From the NCBI GenBank assembly GCA_965198175.1, contig OZ240245.1:3744001-3808000 (forward strand): DNA of 64,000 nucleotides, read 5' to 3'. A program made the position numbers and the translations under genes. How positions within the stretch are numbered: position 1 is the stretch's first letter; every line of letters begins with the position of its first letter. This DNA is from Candidatus Poribacteria bacterium. Lineage in GTDB: Bacteria > Poribacteria > WGA-4E > PCPOR2b. The notes beneath the pieces are model-generated. The model did no database searches. It saw nothing but the letters and a program-made list of their open reading frames with translations, and had not been told where the DNA came from. This document shows positions 18,511 through 29,497 of the stretch, piece by piece.

Positions 18511-19437
18511 ATGTTTGACCGGCTGAAGAATAGACTTAAGTTTCAGCTTGAGCAATTCCTATTGCGCGGTGCGCACTCACGATTGCTTTTCATTGCGTCA
18601 CTGGTTGGCTTAGTCGCTGTCGTTGGCGGTTTTCTAGTGCACAGGCTACGGACGCTTCCTTTAATGACAACAAAACGGCTTCTGGTGGGCATTTTTGCGT
18701 TTAACTGATCCGGGATACTTGGGAGATGACGAAGGGTTGGCACGACGCTTAATTGCTACGGCGTTAACAATCCTTGGTTACGTTCTCTTCATGGGGTCGT
18801 GAATCGCGATTATGACGCAGTGGCTCAATCAGAAGATTCACAAATTTGAACGCGGATTGACCAGCACCGCGCGAAGGTAAGCCATTACGAAGGTGATTAT
18901 ACCTCTCTGTCAGATTTGGAAGCTATCCATCCGGGCAGTTACGACAATGTAGTGATAATGGGGAGTGATTGGTTAGAGACACAGGAAGAGTCCGATGCAC
19001 GGACAATCGTGGGGCATCTGGTGCTGAAGAATATACTCCAAGGAATTACGGAAAAACCGGATATCTTGGTAGATTTAATGGATGTGGACAATGTCAGACT
19101 GTTTCAAAGCGAAAAGACAGAGACATTGGTTACTCCGATGATGTCAAGCCATGTATTGGCACAAGTTGCGTTGCGACGGGAACTCAACGTAGTGTATGCG
19201 GAACTGTTTGGGGCGGGCGGTGCAGAGGTTGTTTTTCGTCCAGTTTCAGAGTTTGGCGTAACAGATCGAGAGATAGCTTTTGGAACACTTCAGGAGGTTG
19301 TTTATGGCCGCGGCGAAATCGCACTGGGGGTACACCTAGCAAAAGGTGCGATCGAGTTAAATCCAGAGCATGACAAAACGTACCTATTTAAAGAACTGGA
19401 TAATCTGATTGTTTTAGTCCAGGAGGATAGAGCGTGA
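18511..19437 (+). pseudogene. Degraded CASTOR/POLLUX-like (RCK-containing) ion channel
   Basis: N-terminal RLKFQLEQFLLRG piece, then a frameshift to WWAFLRLTDPGYLGDD...GYVLFMGS*IAIMTQ (TGA 18800-18802), then a jump near 18862 into the C-terminal EGDYT...ESDART...AQVALRREL segment. Confidence 0.75.
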
Positions 19438-20318
19438 TGAGCTGGGAGGAGATACGCGCAATTCTGGGGAAAGAGCTTGGCGCTATTGGACAGGTGAAAA
19501 TAACACCTGCTGTCCTGATGACGGTTCTGTTAATCATCGCGGGGTCGTTTTGGGGATCGCGGTTGCTGCAGCGCATGCTGCGGCGGAATGTATTCGGTCG
19601 GATGGGCATAAGGGAAGGCACACAAGCAACCATCTGCCGCGTATTGCACTATGCGATAATGTGTCTGGGCACCTACATTGCCTTGGATCAAGCGGGGATT
19701 AAACTGACGGGATTGGCTGCGGTGACCGCCGTGCTGATGGTGGGAATCAGCCTTGGGTTACAAAACATTGCCAGTAATTTCGTCAGCGGGCTCATCCTGT
19801 TGTTTGAGCGTCCGGTGCAGGTGGGCGATTTTGTGGAGGTCGGCGGTGTTCAGGGCAAGGTTCGTGTAATTAGGGGACGCAGCACAACCGTGGATACGTT
19901 GGACAATGTTTCGATTATTGTGCCCAATACAAACTTCATATCAGAAAACGTAACCAACTGGAGCTATCGAGATACAAAAGTCCGTATTCACGTATCTGTC
20001 CGCGTGTCTTACGAATCAGAGGTTGACTTGGTCGCCGAGACTTTGTTGCAGGTGGGACGGGCACATCCAGAAGTGTTACCCAACCCGGAACCGAAGATAC
20101 AGTTTTTGGAATTTGGCAATAGCTCGCTGAATTTCGATTTGCTTGTGTGGCTCAAGGATGCGTCGCGCCAGTATTTTGTGAGAAGCGATTTAAATTTTGC
20201 TATCGTAAAGGCGTTTCGCGAGCGAGAAATTACGATTCCGTTCCCGCAACGAGATTTGCACCTCCGAAGCGCCGTGCCGATGAATCTCGGCAAAGACGTG
20301 GACTTCGATGAATCATGA
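19434..20318 (+). CDS. Small-conductance mechanosensitive channel, MscS family
   Basis: GLQNIASNFVSGLILLFERPVQVGD, IIVPN, IPFPQRD. Confidence 0.95.
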   Translation: MMSWEEIRAILGKELGAIGQVKITPAVLMTVLLIIAGSFWGSRLLQRMLRRNVFGRMGIREGTQATICRVLHYAIMCLGTYIALDQAGIKLTGLAAVTAVLMVGISLGLQNIASNFVSGLILLFERPVQVGDFVEVGGVQGKVRVIRGRSTTVDTLDNVSIIVPNTNFISENVTNWSYRDTKVRIHVSVRVSYESEVDLVAETLLQVGRAHPEVLPNPEPKIQFLEFGNSSLNFDLLVWLKDASRQYFVRSDLNFAIVKAFREREITIPFPQRDLHLRSAVPMNLGKDVDFDES

Positions 20319-21505
20319 GAATCACGATGACTGAAGTCGGTTTAAGCGTTTTGTTCAGAGAGCAGTTGGCACTTGTTGAAGGTCGGTCGGTTGGGTTAAT
20401 CACCAACCAAACCGGAATTGATGAACAGTTTCAGAGCAACCTGACGATGTTCGCAAAACACCCGGAAGTTCAGCTTCCGGCACTGTTCAGTCCAGAGCAC
20501 GGGATTCGAGGGAGCGTTCAAAATGCAATCCAGATTCCCTCTACGATTTACCCACCGTTTCAGATTCCAGTCCACAGCTTGTATGGAGAGACACGGCAGC
20601 CGACACCGGAGATGCTCGCAGGAACTGATGTCCTGATATACGACATCCAAGATGTCGGTTCGCGCTTTTACACGAATATTTCGACGCTGCTGCATGCGAT
20701 GAAAGCGGCTGCGTCCAACAATGTGGACTTCATCGTTCTCGATCGTCCGAACCCGATCCGCGGCGATCGCGTTGAGGGAAACCTGCTTCAACCGGCGTTT
20801 CAATCGTTTGTTGGGACGACCAAGCTCCCGATCCGCCACGGGATGACGGTCGGTGAACTCGCACGGCTTTTCAAGGAGGAGCTTGTACTAGATATCCCGT
20901 CAAGATTGCGGCAGGATTCAAGTCAACTTGACGTCGTCCCAATGCGCAATTGGCGACGGGCGATGTGGTACGATCAGACGGGGTTGCCGTGGGTGCCTCC
21001 CTCTCCGAACATGCCAACGGTCGAAACAGCGACACTGTATCCCGGCACCTGCCTGATTGAAGGCACAAATCTCTCAGAAGGACGCGGTACGACCAAACCG
21101 TTTGAGTGGATTGGCGCACCGTGGATTGATTCGGACAGATGGGCGGAAACACTCAACAATTTCGACCTGCCCGGTACGCATTTCCGTCCAATCCACTTCA
21201 CACCCACCTTTTCCAAATACGCCGAGCAATTGTGTCACGGCGTGCAGGTTCACATTACAGATCGAGACGAATTGAGACCTGTTGATGTTGCCCTCCATTT
21301 CATCGCAACGGCGCGGCGCAACTATCCGGATCAGTTTGAGTTTCTGCACAACGGAGGTCGCTACTTCTTCGATCTCTTGGCTGGAACTGATGAACTCCGG
21401 TTGAGGCTCATGGAGGGCGAATCTCCCACTGAAATTGTTCGCTCCTGGCAGACTGAAGTATCAGAGTTTAAGGAGCAACGCCGTCCGTATCTACTGTACA
21501 ATTGA
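20315..21505 (+). CDS. namZ: Exo-beta-N-acetylmuramidase NamZ family (DUF1343)
   Basis: GLITNQTG, FSPEHG, DIQDVGSRFYT, LDRPNP, RHGMTVGE, SPNMP, SEGRGT. Confidence 0.92.
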   Translation: MRITMTEVGLSVLFREQLALVEGRSVGLITNQTGIDEQFQSNLTMFAKHPEVQLPALFSPEHGIRGSVQNAIQIPSTIYPPFQIPVHSLYGETRQPTPEMLAGTDVLIYDIQDVGSRFYTNISTLLHAMKAAASNNVDFIVLDRPNPIRGDRVEGNLLQPAFQSFVGTTKLPIRHGMTVGELARLFKEELVLDIPSRLRQDSSQLDVVPMRNWRRAMWYDQTGLPWVPPSPNMPTVETATLYPGTCLIEGTNLSEGRGTTKPFEWIGAPWIDSDRWAETLNNFDLPGTHFRPIHFTPTFSKYAEQLCHGVQVHITDRDELRPVDVALHFIATARRNYPDQFEFLHNGGRYFFDLLAGTDELRLRLMEGESPTEIVRSWQTEVSEFKEQRRPYLLYN

Positions 21506-21562
21506 GCGGAGCGTGCGAAATCGGATAAGGAATTTAGCGCAAACATACAGGATGCTACGACG

Positions 21563-22750
21563 GTGAAATCCTTCTATCAACTATGCCAGAAACAGACGAA
21601 AAACGTCATCGGTTTAATGTCCGGCACCTCCGCCGATGGAGTTGACGCCGCGCTTGTCCAAATTCGAGGACACGGTTTAGAGACACGGGTTGAGCTCCTC
21701 GCATTCAACGCGCTCCCCTTTTCGGCAGAAGTCCGACATCGCATCTTTAATCTCTTCCAGCCTGAAACAAGCCGCGTTGACGCAATCTGTCAGATGAACT
21801 TTCTTATTGGGGAGGTTTTTGCTGATGCAGCTTTCACAGTAATACGGGACGCCGCATTGGATAACAACGAAATAGATTTGATCGGCTCACACGGTCAGAC
21901 GGTCTATCACCTACCACCCCAGAAAAACGCGCAATATGTTCCATCGACATTGCAGCTCGGGGAACCGGCTGTGATTGCGCATCGCACAGGAATTCCAACG
22001 ATCGCGGATTTCAGAGTCGCCGACCTCGCCGCGGGCGGACAAGGAGCGCCGCTTGTGCCTTACGTCGACTTTCTGCTCTTTCGGCGAAGTGATCGGTCGA
22101 TTGCGTTACAAAATATCGGCGGTATCTCCAACGTGACGCTCATCCCTGCGGGCGCCGGTGCATCGGATGTTCTCGCCGCTGATACCGGACCGGGGAATAT
22201 GATTATTGATGCGGTCATGGAGATAACGACACACAGTGAAGTGACGTATGATCGCGGAGGTCAGCTCGCGGCGCGCGGACAGCCGTGTGAGCTATTGATA
22301 GCGGAATGGTTGAAACACCCATTCATCTGCGCAACCCCACCCAAAACGACCGGGCGGGAGGCATTCGGCAGGGAGTTTGCCCGCCACGTAATCGAGCAGG
22401 CGGGCGCGAGGAAACTGTCAGATTCGGATACGGTTGCGACAGTGACGGAATTTACCGCGCGAACAATTTTTGAATACTACAATCGTTTTCTATTTCCGCA
22501 CCATCCTGTCGATGAAATCGCCGTCAGCGGTGGAGGCGTGCATAATCTGACACTAATGCAGCGGTTGAAAACCCTGTTCCATCCGATTCCCGTTCAAGCA
22601 ATTGATACCTACGGAATACCGAGCGATGCAAAGGAGGCAATTGCTTTCGCGGTACTTGCCAACGAAGCAGTACATGGAAATCCAGGAAACATGCCGCAGT
22701 CCACAGGGGCATCTCAGCCGAAGATTCTTGGGAAGTTTGTGCCCCCTTGA
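21563..22750 (+). CDS. anmK: Anhydro-N-acetylmuramic acid kinase
   Basis: IGLMSGTSADGVD, GSHGQT, GGQGAPLVP, NIGGISN, DTGPGN, PKTTGRE, KEA.AFA. Confidence 0.96.
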   Translation: MKSFYQLCQKQTKNVIGLMSGTSADGVDAALVQIRGHGLETRVELLAFNALPFSAEVRHRIFNLFQPETSRVDAICQMNFLIGEVFADAAFTVIRDAALDNNEIDLIGSHGQTVYHLPPQKNAQYVPSTLQLGEPAVIAHRTGIPTIADFRVADLAAGGQGAPLVPYVDFLLFRRSDRSIALQNIGGISNVTLIPAGAGASDVLAADTGPGNMIIDAVMEITTHSEVTYDRGGQLAARGQPCELLIAEWLKHPFICATPPKTTGREAFGREFARHVIEQAGARKLSDSDTVATVTEFTARTIFEYYNRFLFPHHPVDEIAVSGGGVHNLTLMQRLKTLFHPIPVQAIDTYGIPSDAKEAIAFAVLANEAVHGNPGNMPQSTGASQPKILGKFVPP

Positions 22751-23025
22751 GAACGAAACGACGGAAAGTGCAAACGAAGGCGTGAAAAATTCAGAAACCG
22801 GCAGCGCTGCAGGTTGGGTTGTACGGTTAAAAGCGAATCCTTCAAAATGAGCATTCTCAACTTATTTCCGCTGCGGCTTTAGAGACTCTGACGCCTGGAA
22901 CACTTTTCCTGTCTAGCTTTCAGCCGCATCGCACAGTTTTTTTGATTTGCGAAATCACCGCATAATAAGCGAAATCAAGATTCCAAATATCATCTCATCC
23001 AAGCCACAACCAGCACGATAAATAA

Positions 23026-23054
23026 TTGACGCGATTCGCGGAGTCTGCTACAAT
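23026..23054 (+). promoter_or_regulatory. Putative sigma70 promoter of the defence island
   Basis: TTGACG-17 nt-TACAAT, with TG before the -10 box. Confidence 0.55.
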
Positions 23055-23137
23055 TCTGTCGTCGTAGCGCGCGACAAATGGGCGGTCTGTGCTATGTCTG
23101 AGGGAAACTCGGATTCGCATCGCATGCGGAGTAATCT

Positions 23138-23531
23138 ATGAAGCCAGGCATGTTTTTGGATGAAGCGATATTGAGGAACTTGGAAGAGCAACAACTCACA
23201 TACCGACCAGAGTTAGTCTGACAAGCAGATGCAACTGGAAATCGCCGCGTTTCTGCCGGGCGCCGCCATAGAAGACGGGCTGAGACGGCTGTGTGATGCC
23301 AGTGGCGTCGGCTACGATCGGATGCGAACTACTATATCGAATATGCAAGCGGCACTCTGCCAGCCGTAAAAGCAGATCGAGGTGATTTCGGAATCTGAAA
23401 GCAAGCAGATCACTGCGTAGGGAGAGACGCGAAACAACGCTGATCATGGCAGATTTAGCGAAATTACTTACGCAGAGGTTTTAGCGATGGTGATCGGTGT
23501 GCGAGCATTTATAGATGAACACCTTCCGTAG
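23138..23531 (+). pseudogene. Degraded HEPN-domain gene
   Basis: The frame from 23229 reads IAAFLPGAAIEDGLRRLC...QP*KQ...KQITA*GETRNNADHG...VRAFIDEHLP*, with an Rx4H motif and two internal stops. The 5' part is in another frame. Confidence 0.65.
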
Positions 23532-26483
23532 AAGCCCATTCAACCAACGGAAACATCACAATGATAACAAAAAACAACTTTAAAGAATTGCTCAAAACGC
23601 TCGGTTTTACGGCGGAAGGGAGCATCTTCCAAAAAACAATTGGTGAGGCGACCTTAAAGGTTGACTTTGATAATAAAATAATTTATCCCGAAGATCGACG
23701 GCTAACAGTCAATCGCGATGATATATGCAATCTCTTGCAGAATGAGAATTTTGTTGTATTTGAGTGTGTGCATCGGCTACTCGAAAAAGGCTACAAAGCT
23801 GAACATTTAGAACTTGAACCCAAGTGGAAAATTGGACACGGTGCCAGCGGAGGACGCGCCGATATATTGGTTAGAGACCACGAAAATAATCCTTTGCTGC
23901 TTATTGAATGTAAGACGGCAGGAGAGGAATTTGAAAGGGCATGGTGGAAAACACTACAAAATGGTGACCAATTATTCAGTTATGCACAACAGATCCACCA
24001 AACACAATATCTCTGTCTTTACGCTTCTGACTTTGTGGACGATAAAATCCGGACTGACCAGAGAATTATTGCCCATCGTGACAATGAGAAGATTTTAGCG
24101 CAAAATGATAAACTACGACCTTTTGCTGAAGCAACCGACGTTGAAGACCGCTACGCTGTTTGGCGTGATACCTACGAACGGGAATACACAGAAGGCGGTA
24201 TCTTTGAACCTAACATTCAACCCTACCAAATAGGTAAAAATAAATACACCCTTGAAGACGATACCGATCCAATTGAGGCAGCCGATGCTAAAAAAGATGG
24301 TAAATACCATAAATTCCGAACAATTCTAAGACAACACAACATCGCACGGCGCGAACAAGCCTTTGAGGTCCTGGTCAATCTGTTTCTATGCAAACTGGTT
24401 GACGAAGAGGACAACAAAACCGATCTGAAATTTTCTTGGAAGGGTATCGCTTACGACAATTACTTTGATTTTGTCGATAGACTGCAAAACCTCTATAAAA
24501 CAGGGATGAATAAATTTCTGGGCAAAGAAATTAGCTACATCAGCAACGAACAAATTGACAGCGCTTTTTGGGCTGTCAGAAATGACACCAACGCCACCAA
24601 GAAACAGATACAGAAATATTTTAGGGAACTTAAGTTTTACACCAATTCTGCTTTCTCCTTGATGGATACCCACAACGAAGAATTGTTCAAAAGAAACGCT
24701 AAAATCCTGTTAGAAATTGTGCAGATGTGGCAAGGGATAGGACTCAAAACAGATGAACAAAACCAATTTTTGGGTGAGATGTTTGAACTATTTCTTGACG
24801 ATGGAGTCAAGCAGTCCGAAGGGCAGTTTTTCACACCGCTGCCAATTTGTAAATTTATCGTCGGTTCTTTGCCACTTGAGCAAAAAATTATAGAGAACAC
24901 CGAACCGCTTAAAGCGATTGATTTCGCCTGCGGTTCAGGGCATTTCCTAAATGAATATGCCCATCAAATAATGCCGTTAGTTGAAGAACAGAAAAGAGAA
25001 CTCTATTACAGTCACATTATCGGCATAGAAAAAGAGGATCGCTTGGCAAAAGTCGCCAAGGTTGCTGCTTTTATGCACGGTCAAGGGCAGATTAAGGTAT
25101 TGGATACCGATGCCCTTATTTATCACCTTGATGCAGTTTCACTCGGAAGTTATGATATCTTGGTGGCGAATCCACCCTTTGCAGTGAAAGAATTTTTACA
25201 TACTTTGAGCAAGGACGATAAAAAAGAGTATCAACTTATCCAAGCCACAGGTGAAGATAGCGAGACCAACACAATTCAATGCTTCTTTTTAGAACGGATT
25301 TACCACCTAATGGCACCCGATGGAGTAGTGGGTGTTATTGTTCCATCCAGTATTCTGTCTAATGCTAATGCAGTTTACACCTGTACACGTGAACTCCTAT
25401 TACAATTTTTTGATCTGGTGAGTATTACCGAGTTGAGTCAGGGTGCCTTTGGCAAGACAAGCACGAATACGGTCGTGCTTTTCCTAAAACGGAAAGAACC
25501 AAGACCCGAACCCGCCGAACAGTACTACAATCGAGTGAAAAACTTTTTTGAAGGTGATAAGGAAACAATACAATATCAAGACCATGACCTGATTCAAGCA
25601 TATTGCAAGCATATTGAAATTCCTTATGAAGAATACATCAAACTCTTTGGTCAAACCAGCCTTGAACCACGTGCCGAACTATTGGAATACGATATTTTCA
25701 AGCAATACGAACAAGACTTCAAGCCAGATAAAGAGTTAGAACAAATAGAAAAATCTAAGGAATTCAGAAATAAAACAGATGCAGAACAATCGGCAGAATT
25801 AGGGAAACGTTTTATTGCGTATCTACACGCTATAGAAAAGGACAAACTCTATCACTTTATTTTGGCACACACGCAGGCTGGCAAAGTGCTGATTGTCAAT
25901 GCGCCGAGCGATAAAAAAGAACAAAAGCAATTTTTAGGTTACGAGTGGAGCAAAGCGAAAGGCAGGGAGGGCATTAAATACACCGGTGGCGACACGGTCA
26001 ACGATATTATCACGCCCCTGTTTGACCCAAATGACTTAGACAACGACACGAAAATAAACACGGCAATAAAACGCAATTTCATCGGAGAAACCACCGGCCC
26101 ACTACCCGATCACTGCCACTATGCCAATCTCACCGATATGTTGGATTTTAGCCGCATAAATTTTACTAAAACCATCAGTCTTAACCCAAAGCAGAATATT
26201 GATATTGAAACTAAGTGGGATAAGGCGAAGTTAGGAGAAGTTGCAGAGGTTAAAAATGGCGGAACTCCTGACACTGAAAACCATGATTATTGGAGTTACG
26301 GGGATGTATGTTGGGCTACCTTAATAGATACCAAACATAAATATCTCTATGACACAGAAAGAAAAATTACACAAGAAGGATTGAATAACAGTAGTGCCGT
26401 TTTATTACCAATCAACACTGTGATTTTTTCAAGTCGAGCTACGATTGGTGATGTCTGTATTGCAAAAGTAACAACAGCTACTA

Positions 26484-27301
26484 GGTTCTGTTGACATTTG
26501 GTTATAAGGTTGGCATAATAGAAGAATGATGCCCATAACTTTACCTGACGACCAATGGAGAAAGATATACCCGTTTCTTCTAAGCTGTTCCAACATCTAT
26601 GTCCGCAACGAAACTGCTACTCGACGATTCGTCGAAGCCCTTCTGTGGGTGACTCGTAGCGGTGCTCAATGGCGACTCTTGCCAACTGCCTATGGAAATT
26701 GGAACTCCATTTACAAGCGGTTTAGTAACTGGTGTGACAAAGGAATCTTCTCACAGATGCACTGCTACTTTACCGCCGACCCAGATATGGAGTGGCTTAT
26801 TATTGATACTACCATTTGCCGGGCTCACCCATGCGCGGCTGGAGCCTCAAAAAAAACGGAGGTGCTGAAAACCAAGCGCTAGGACGCTCTCGGGGCGGCT
26901 TTAGCACAAAAATTCATATCACAGTTGACGCACTAGGTAATCCGCTTAGACTCCAGCTAACTCCCGGTCAGAGACACGACATAGCTGAAGCCGAAGCGTT
27001 GATAGTTGGCTATAACAGCGAGCATGCAATTGGAGACAAGGGATACGATTCGGACAGTTTTATCGACGTTATTGAAGCGAATGGAGCGACGGCGGTGATA
27101 CCGCCTCGACGTAATCGTGGCGCTCAAAGAACATATGACAAACATTTATACAAAGAGAGACACCTGGTTGAATGTTTTATCAACAAGATAAAATGGTATC
27201 GTCGTATCTTCTCTCGTTTCGAGAAGCTGGCTGTCCGCTATTTCGGATTTCTAAGTTTTGTCTCCACGCTTATCTGGCTCCGTTGAAATGTCAACAGAAC
27301 C
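26484..27301 (+). mobile_element. IS5-family insertion sequence (IS427-like group), 818 bp
   Basis: Perfect 16-bp terminal inverted repeats GGTTCTGTTGACATTT (26484-26499) and AAATGTCAACAGAACC (27286-27301); TA duplication at 26482-26483 and 27302-27303. Confidence 0.95.
26526..27286 (+). CDS. IS5-family transposase in two ORFs joined by a -1 frameshift
   Basis: orfA G.QWR.LP..YGNW..IYKRF..W...IDTT; orfB GRSRGGFSTKIH, GDKGYDSD, YKERHLVE; A8C slippery run at 26849-26857. Confidence 0.92.
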
Positions 27302-28158
27302 TAATCAAGGTTATAAAAATTTTATATGCAATCCTGATGTGCTTCATTACGAATATTTATACTATGTTCTAAAAATTTATGCCAAAGAAATTGCCACGTT
27401 ATCAGTAGGGATGACTTATAAAGAAATAAATGCTACAAAGATAAAGAATTTCAAAATTCCTCTCCCACCACTCGAAAAACAGTATCAGATTGCCAATGAA
27501 TGTGAGGCAGTAGATCAGGAAACCGACGAAGCCCGCCAAACTATCACCGCATCCAAACAGAAAATTGAAGAATTAGTTAATTCTGTTGAAAAGACCTCAA
27601 GGTTAAACCAAGTAGTTGATAAAATTTCCGATGTTGTTAACCCACAAGAAGAAAACGGCATCGTTTGTTATATTGGCTTGGAACATATTGAAAGTCAAAC
27701 TGGTGTATTGTTAGGAAACATCCAATATGATTATTCTACGATAAAAAGCAATAAAAATGTCTTTCGTAGAGGTGACATTTTATATGGCAAGCTCAGACCG
27801 AACTTGAATAAAGTATATTTAGCGAACATATATGGAATCTGTTCGACTGACATATTGGTGCTTAGACCTTATGACCCCAATTTAGCTACTTTCTACACAC
27901 ACTATTTTCTGTCTGATGTATTTAATTCTGAGGTGGTCAAAACAGTCAGCGGTCAACAACTACCTAGAACGTCATGGGAGAAAATAAATAGAATCCTTGT
28001 TCCTCCGCTTGACATTCCACAGCAGTTTGTGGCAGAAGTCGAACAATTAGACGCAAAAATCCCTCAAGCCCAAGCCGTAATTGATAACGCCACCGAGCAC
28101 AGAAATGCGATTCTCAGAAAATATCTATAAGTGAAAGACCGGAAAAGGAGCGAGAGAA

Positions 28159-29409
28159 ATGGGACCAATTACGCTATTCGATAAATCATTCCTCCAGTCG
28201 CTTTCAGTTGATGAATCTATGTGGTTTGATAACTTTTTCTATCCCGCTATATGCCCAATCTTCTACGTTGAGACACTAGCGGATTTGAAAAAGCCGAAGC
28301 TACGCAGATCTCCTGAGCAAGAAGTTGGAATAATCGCAGACAAGTTTCCGGAAATGCACTGTGCACCAATACCGCATCATGCGAGATTGGCAATTTACGA
28401 TATGCTAGGGCGTCATGTTCCACTCACTGGCCAAATTCCAAGATTCGTCAGTCGGCAAGTGAAATCAGAAAAACACAAGGGAGTTGTTTACGAGCAATCG
28501 CCCGAAGAGGAAGCTTTTCTTCGCTGGCAGTCAAGGGAGTTTGACGCCATTGAGCACGAAATTGCGAGTGACTGGCGAGAAAATCTTGAATCTCACGATT
28601 TGGAGGAGATTGCGGATGGATTTCGCAGTCTCGGAATATCAGAATTTAACTGCAAATCGTTACACGAAGCCAAGTCAATTGCTGACAATCTCGTGAACAA
28701 AAACGACAAGACTCTCGAGATGCTGGAAATTGCGTTCCTTGTTCTTGATATTCCGGAAGAAGGGCGCAACTCAATAATGGAACACTGGTCAAATTCCAAT
28801 CGCCTGCCTCTGTCAATCTTTGCTCCATATGCGGCACATGTTTTGACCGTAGATGCTCTTTTTCACATTGCTCTTGCATCATGTCTTATTTCGCCGGATC
28901 GCCCCTCAAATCGTGTGGATATGGCTTATCTATACTATCTTCCCTTCAGTAAGGTGTTCGTCTCATCGGACAGACTTCATCGTCAATGTGCCCCACTCTT
29001 GGTAAGAGAGGACCAGAGTTTCATTTGGGGACAAGATTTAAAGAAAGCCCTATCGTTCCTAGATAAACACTACTCCGCCTTGCCGGAAAGCGTGAAAGAG
29101 AAAGGAGTCATGCAGATTGCGCCGTACCCGCCGGTCGAAATTGAGACAATCGTATCGGAAGCGTGGGATAAACATTTACCTGGATGGCGAGAATACGCAC
29201 AAGAGCCACCAGTTCAACCAGATTCGAATCCCGAACTCGTTAAGGAATTGAAGAACCTAAATGAAGCTCCGCCTTTACAGCAAGATGCTGTTGATTTCAA
29301 ACCAGAAGATGCCGATGTAATTTCTGTAAGGCGAACGGTGCATAAGAGAAAGGGAAACTGGTGGCAATTACCCCGCGATTTGGATGCTAAGGGCGGTAAG
29401 GGAGGCTGA
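28159..29409 (+). CDS. Hypothetical protein, possible PIN-like nuclease
   Basis: 416-aa ORF with AGGAG RBS; acidic motifs LFDKSFL, YVET, RVDMAY and FVSSD follow the PIN-type order. Confidence 0.6.
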   Translation: MGPITLFDKSFLQSLSVDESMWFDNFFYPAICPIFYVETLADLKKPKLRRSPEQEVGIIADKFPEMHCAPIPHHARLAIYDMLGRHVPLTGQIPRFVSRQVKSEKHKGVVYEQSPEEEAFLRWQSREFDAIEHEIASDWRENLESHDLEEIADGFRSLGISEFNCKSLHEAKSIADNLVNKNDKTLEMLEIAFLVLDIPEEGRNSIMEHWSNSNRLPLSIFAPYAAHVLTVDALFHIALASCLISPDRPSNRVDMAYLYYLPFSKVFVSSDRLHRQCAPLLVREDQSFIWGQDLKKALSFLDKHYSALPESVKEKGVMQIAPYPPVEIETIVSEAWDKHLPGWREYAQEPPVQPDSNPELVKELKNLNEAPPLQQDAVDFKPEDADVISVRRTVHKRKGNWWQLPRDLDAKGGKGG

Positions 29410-29497
29410 TAAACGGCTACACTACAGGTGAGTCAAGCAGACTAGCGAGGTTACGGGATAGTTTACTTAGATCATTAGCTACTATAAGAAATCATCA

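Larger units (their letters stand above)
23561..28130 (+). pseudogene. Fused restriction-modification enzyme (PD-(D/E)xK nuclease + N6-adenine MTase + two HsdS-type TRDs), interrupted by an IS
   Basis: GRADILV...IECK, GQFFTP, DFACGSGHFL, NPPF; TRDs GGTP...SSRATIG...TNQG and ILYGKLRPNLNK. Removing the IS and one TA restores a 3750-nt ORF (1249 aa). Confidence 0.9.

Noticed and set aside
18800..18802. In-frame TGA in the channel gene as a second selenocysteine
   Set aside because: It lies in a hydrophobic helix with no redox motif, and the gene also has a frameshift and a deletion, so decay explains it.
23229..23531. Stop-codon recoding (alternative genetic code) in the HEPN-like frame
   Set aside because: Both TAA and TAG interrupt it, and both act as normal stops elsewhere in the window.
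27258..28130. Independent hsdS gene
   Set aside because: It begins inside the IS and is the in-frame continuation of the interrupted fusion gene.
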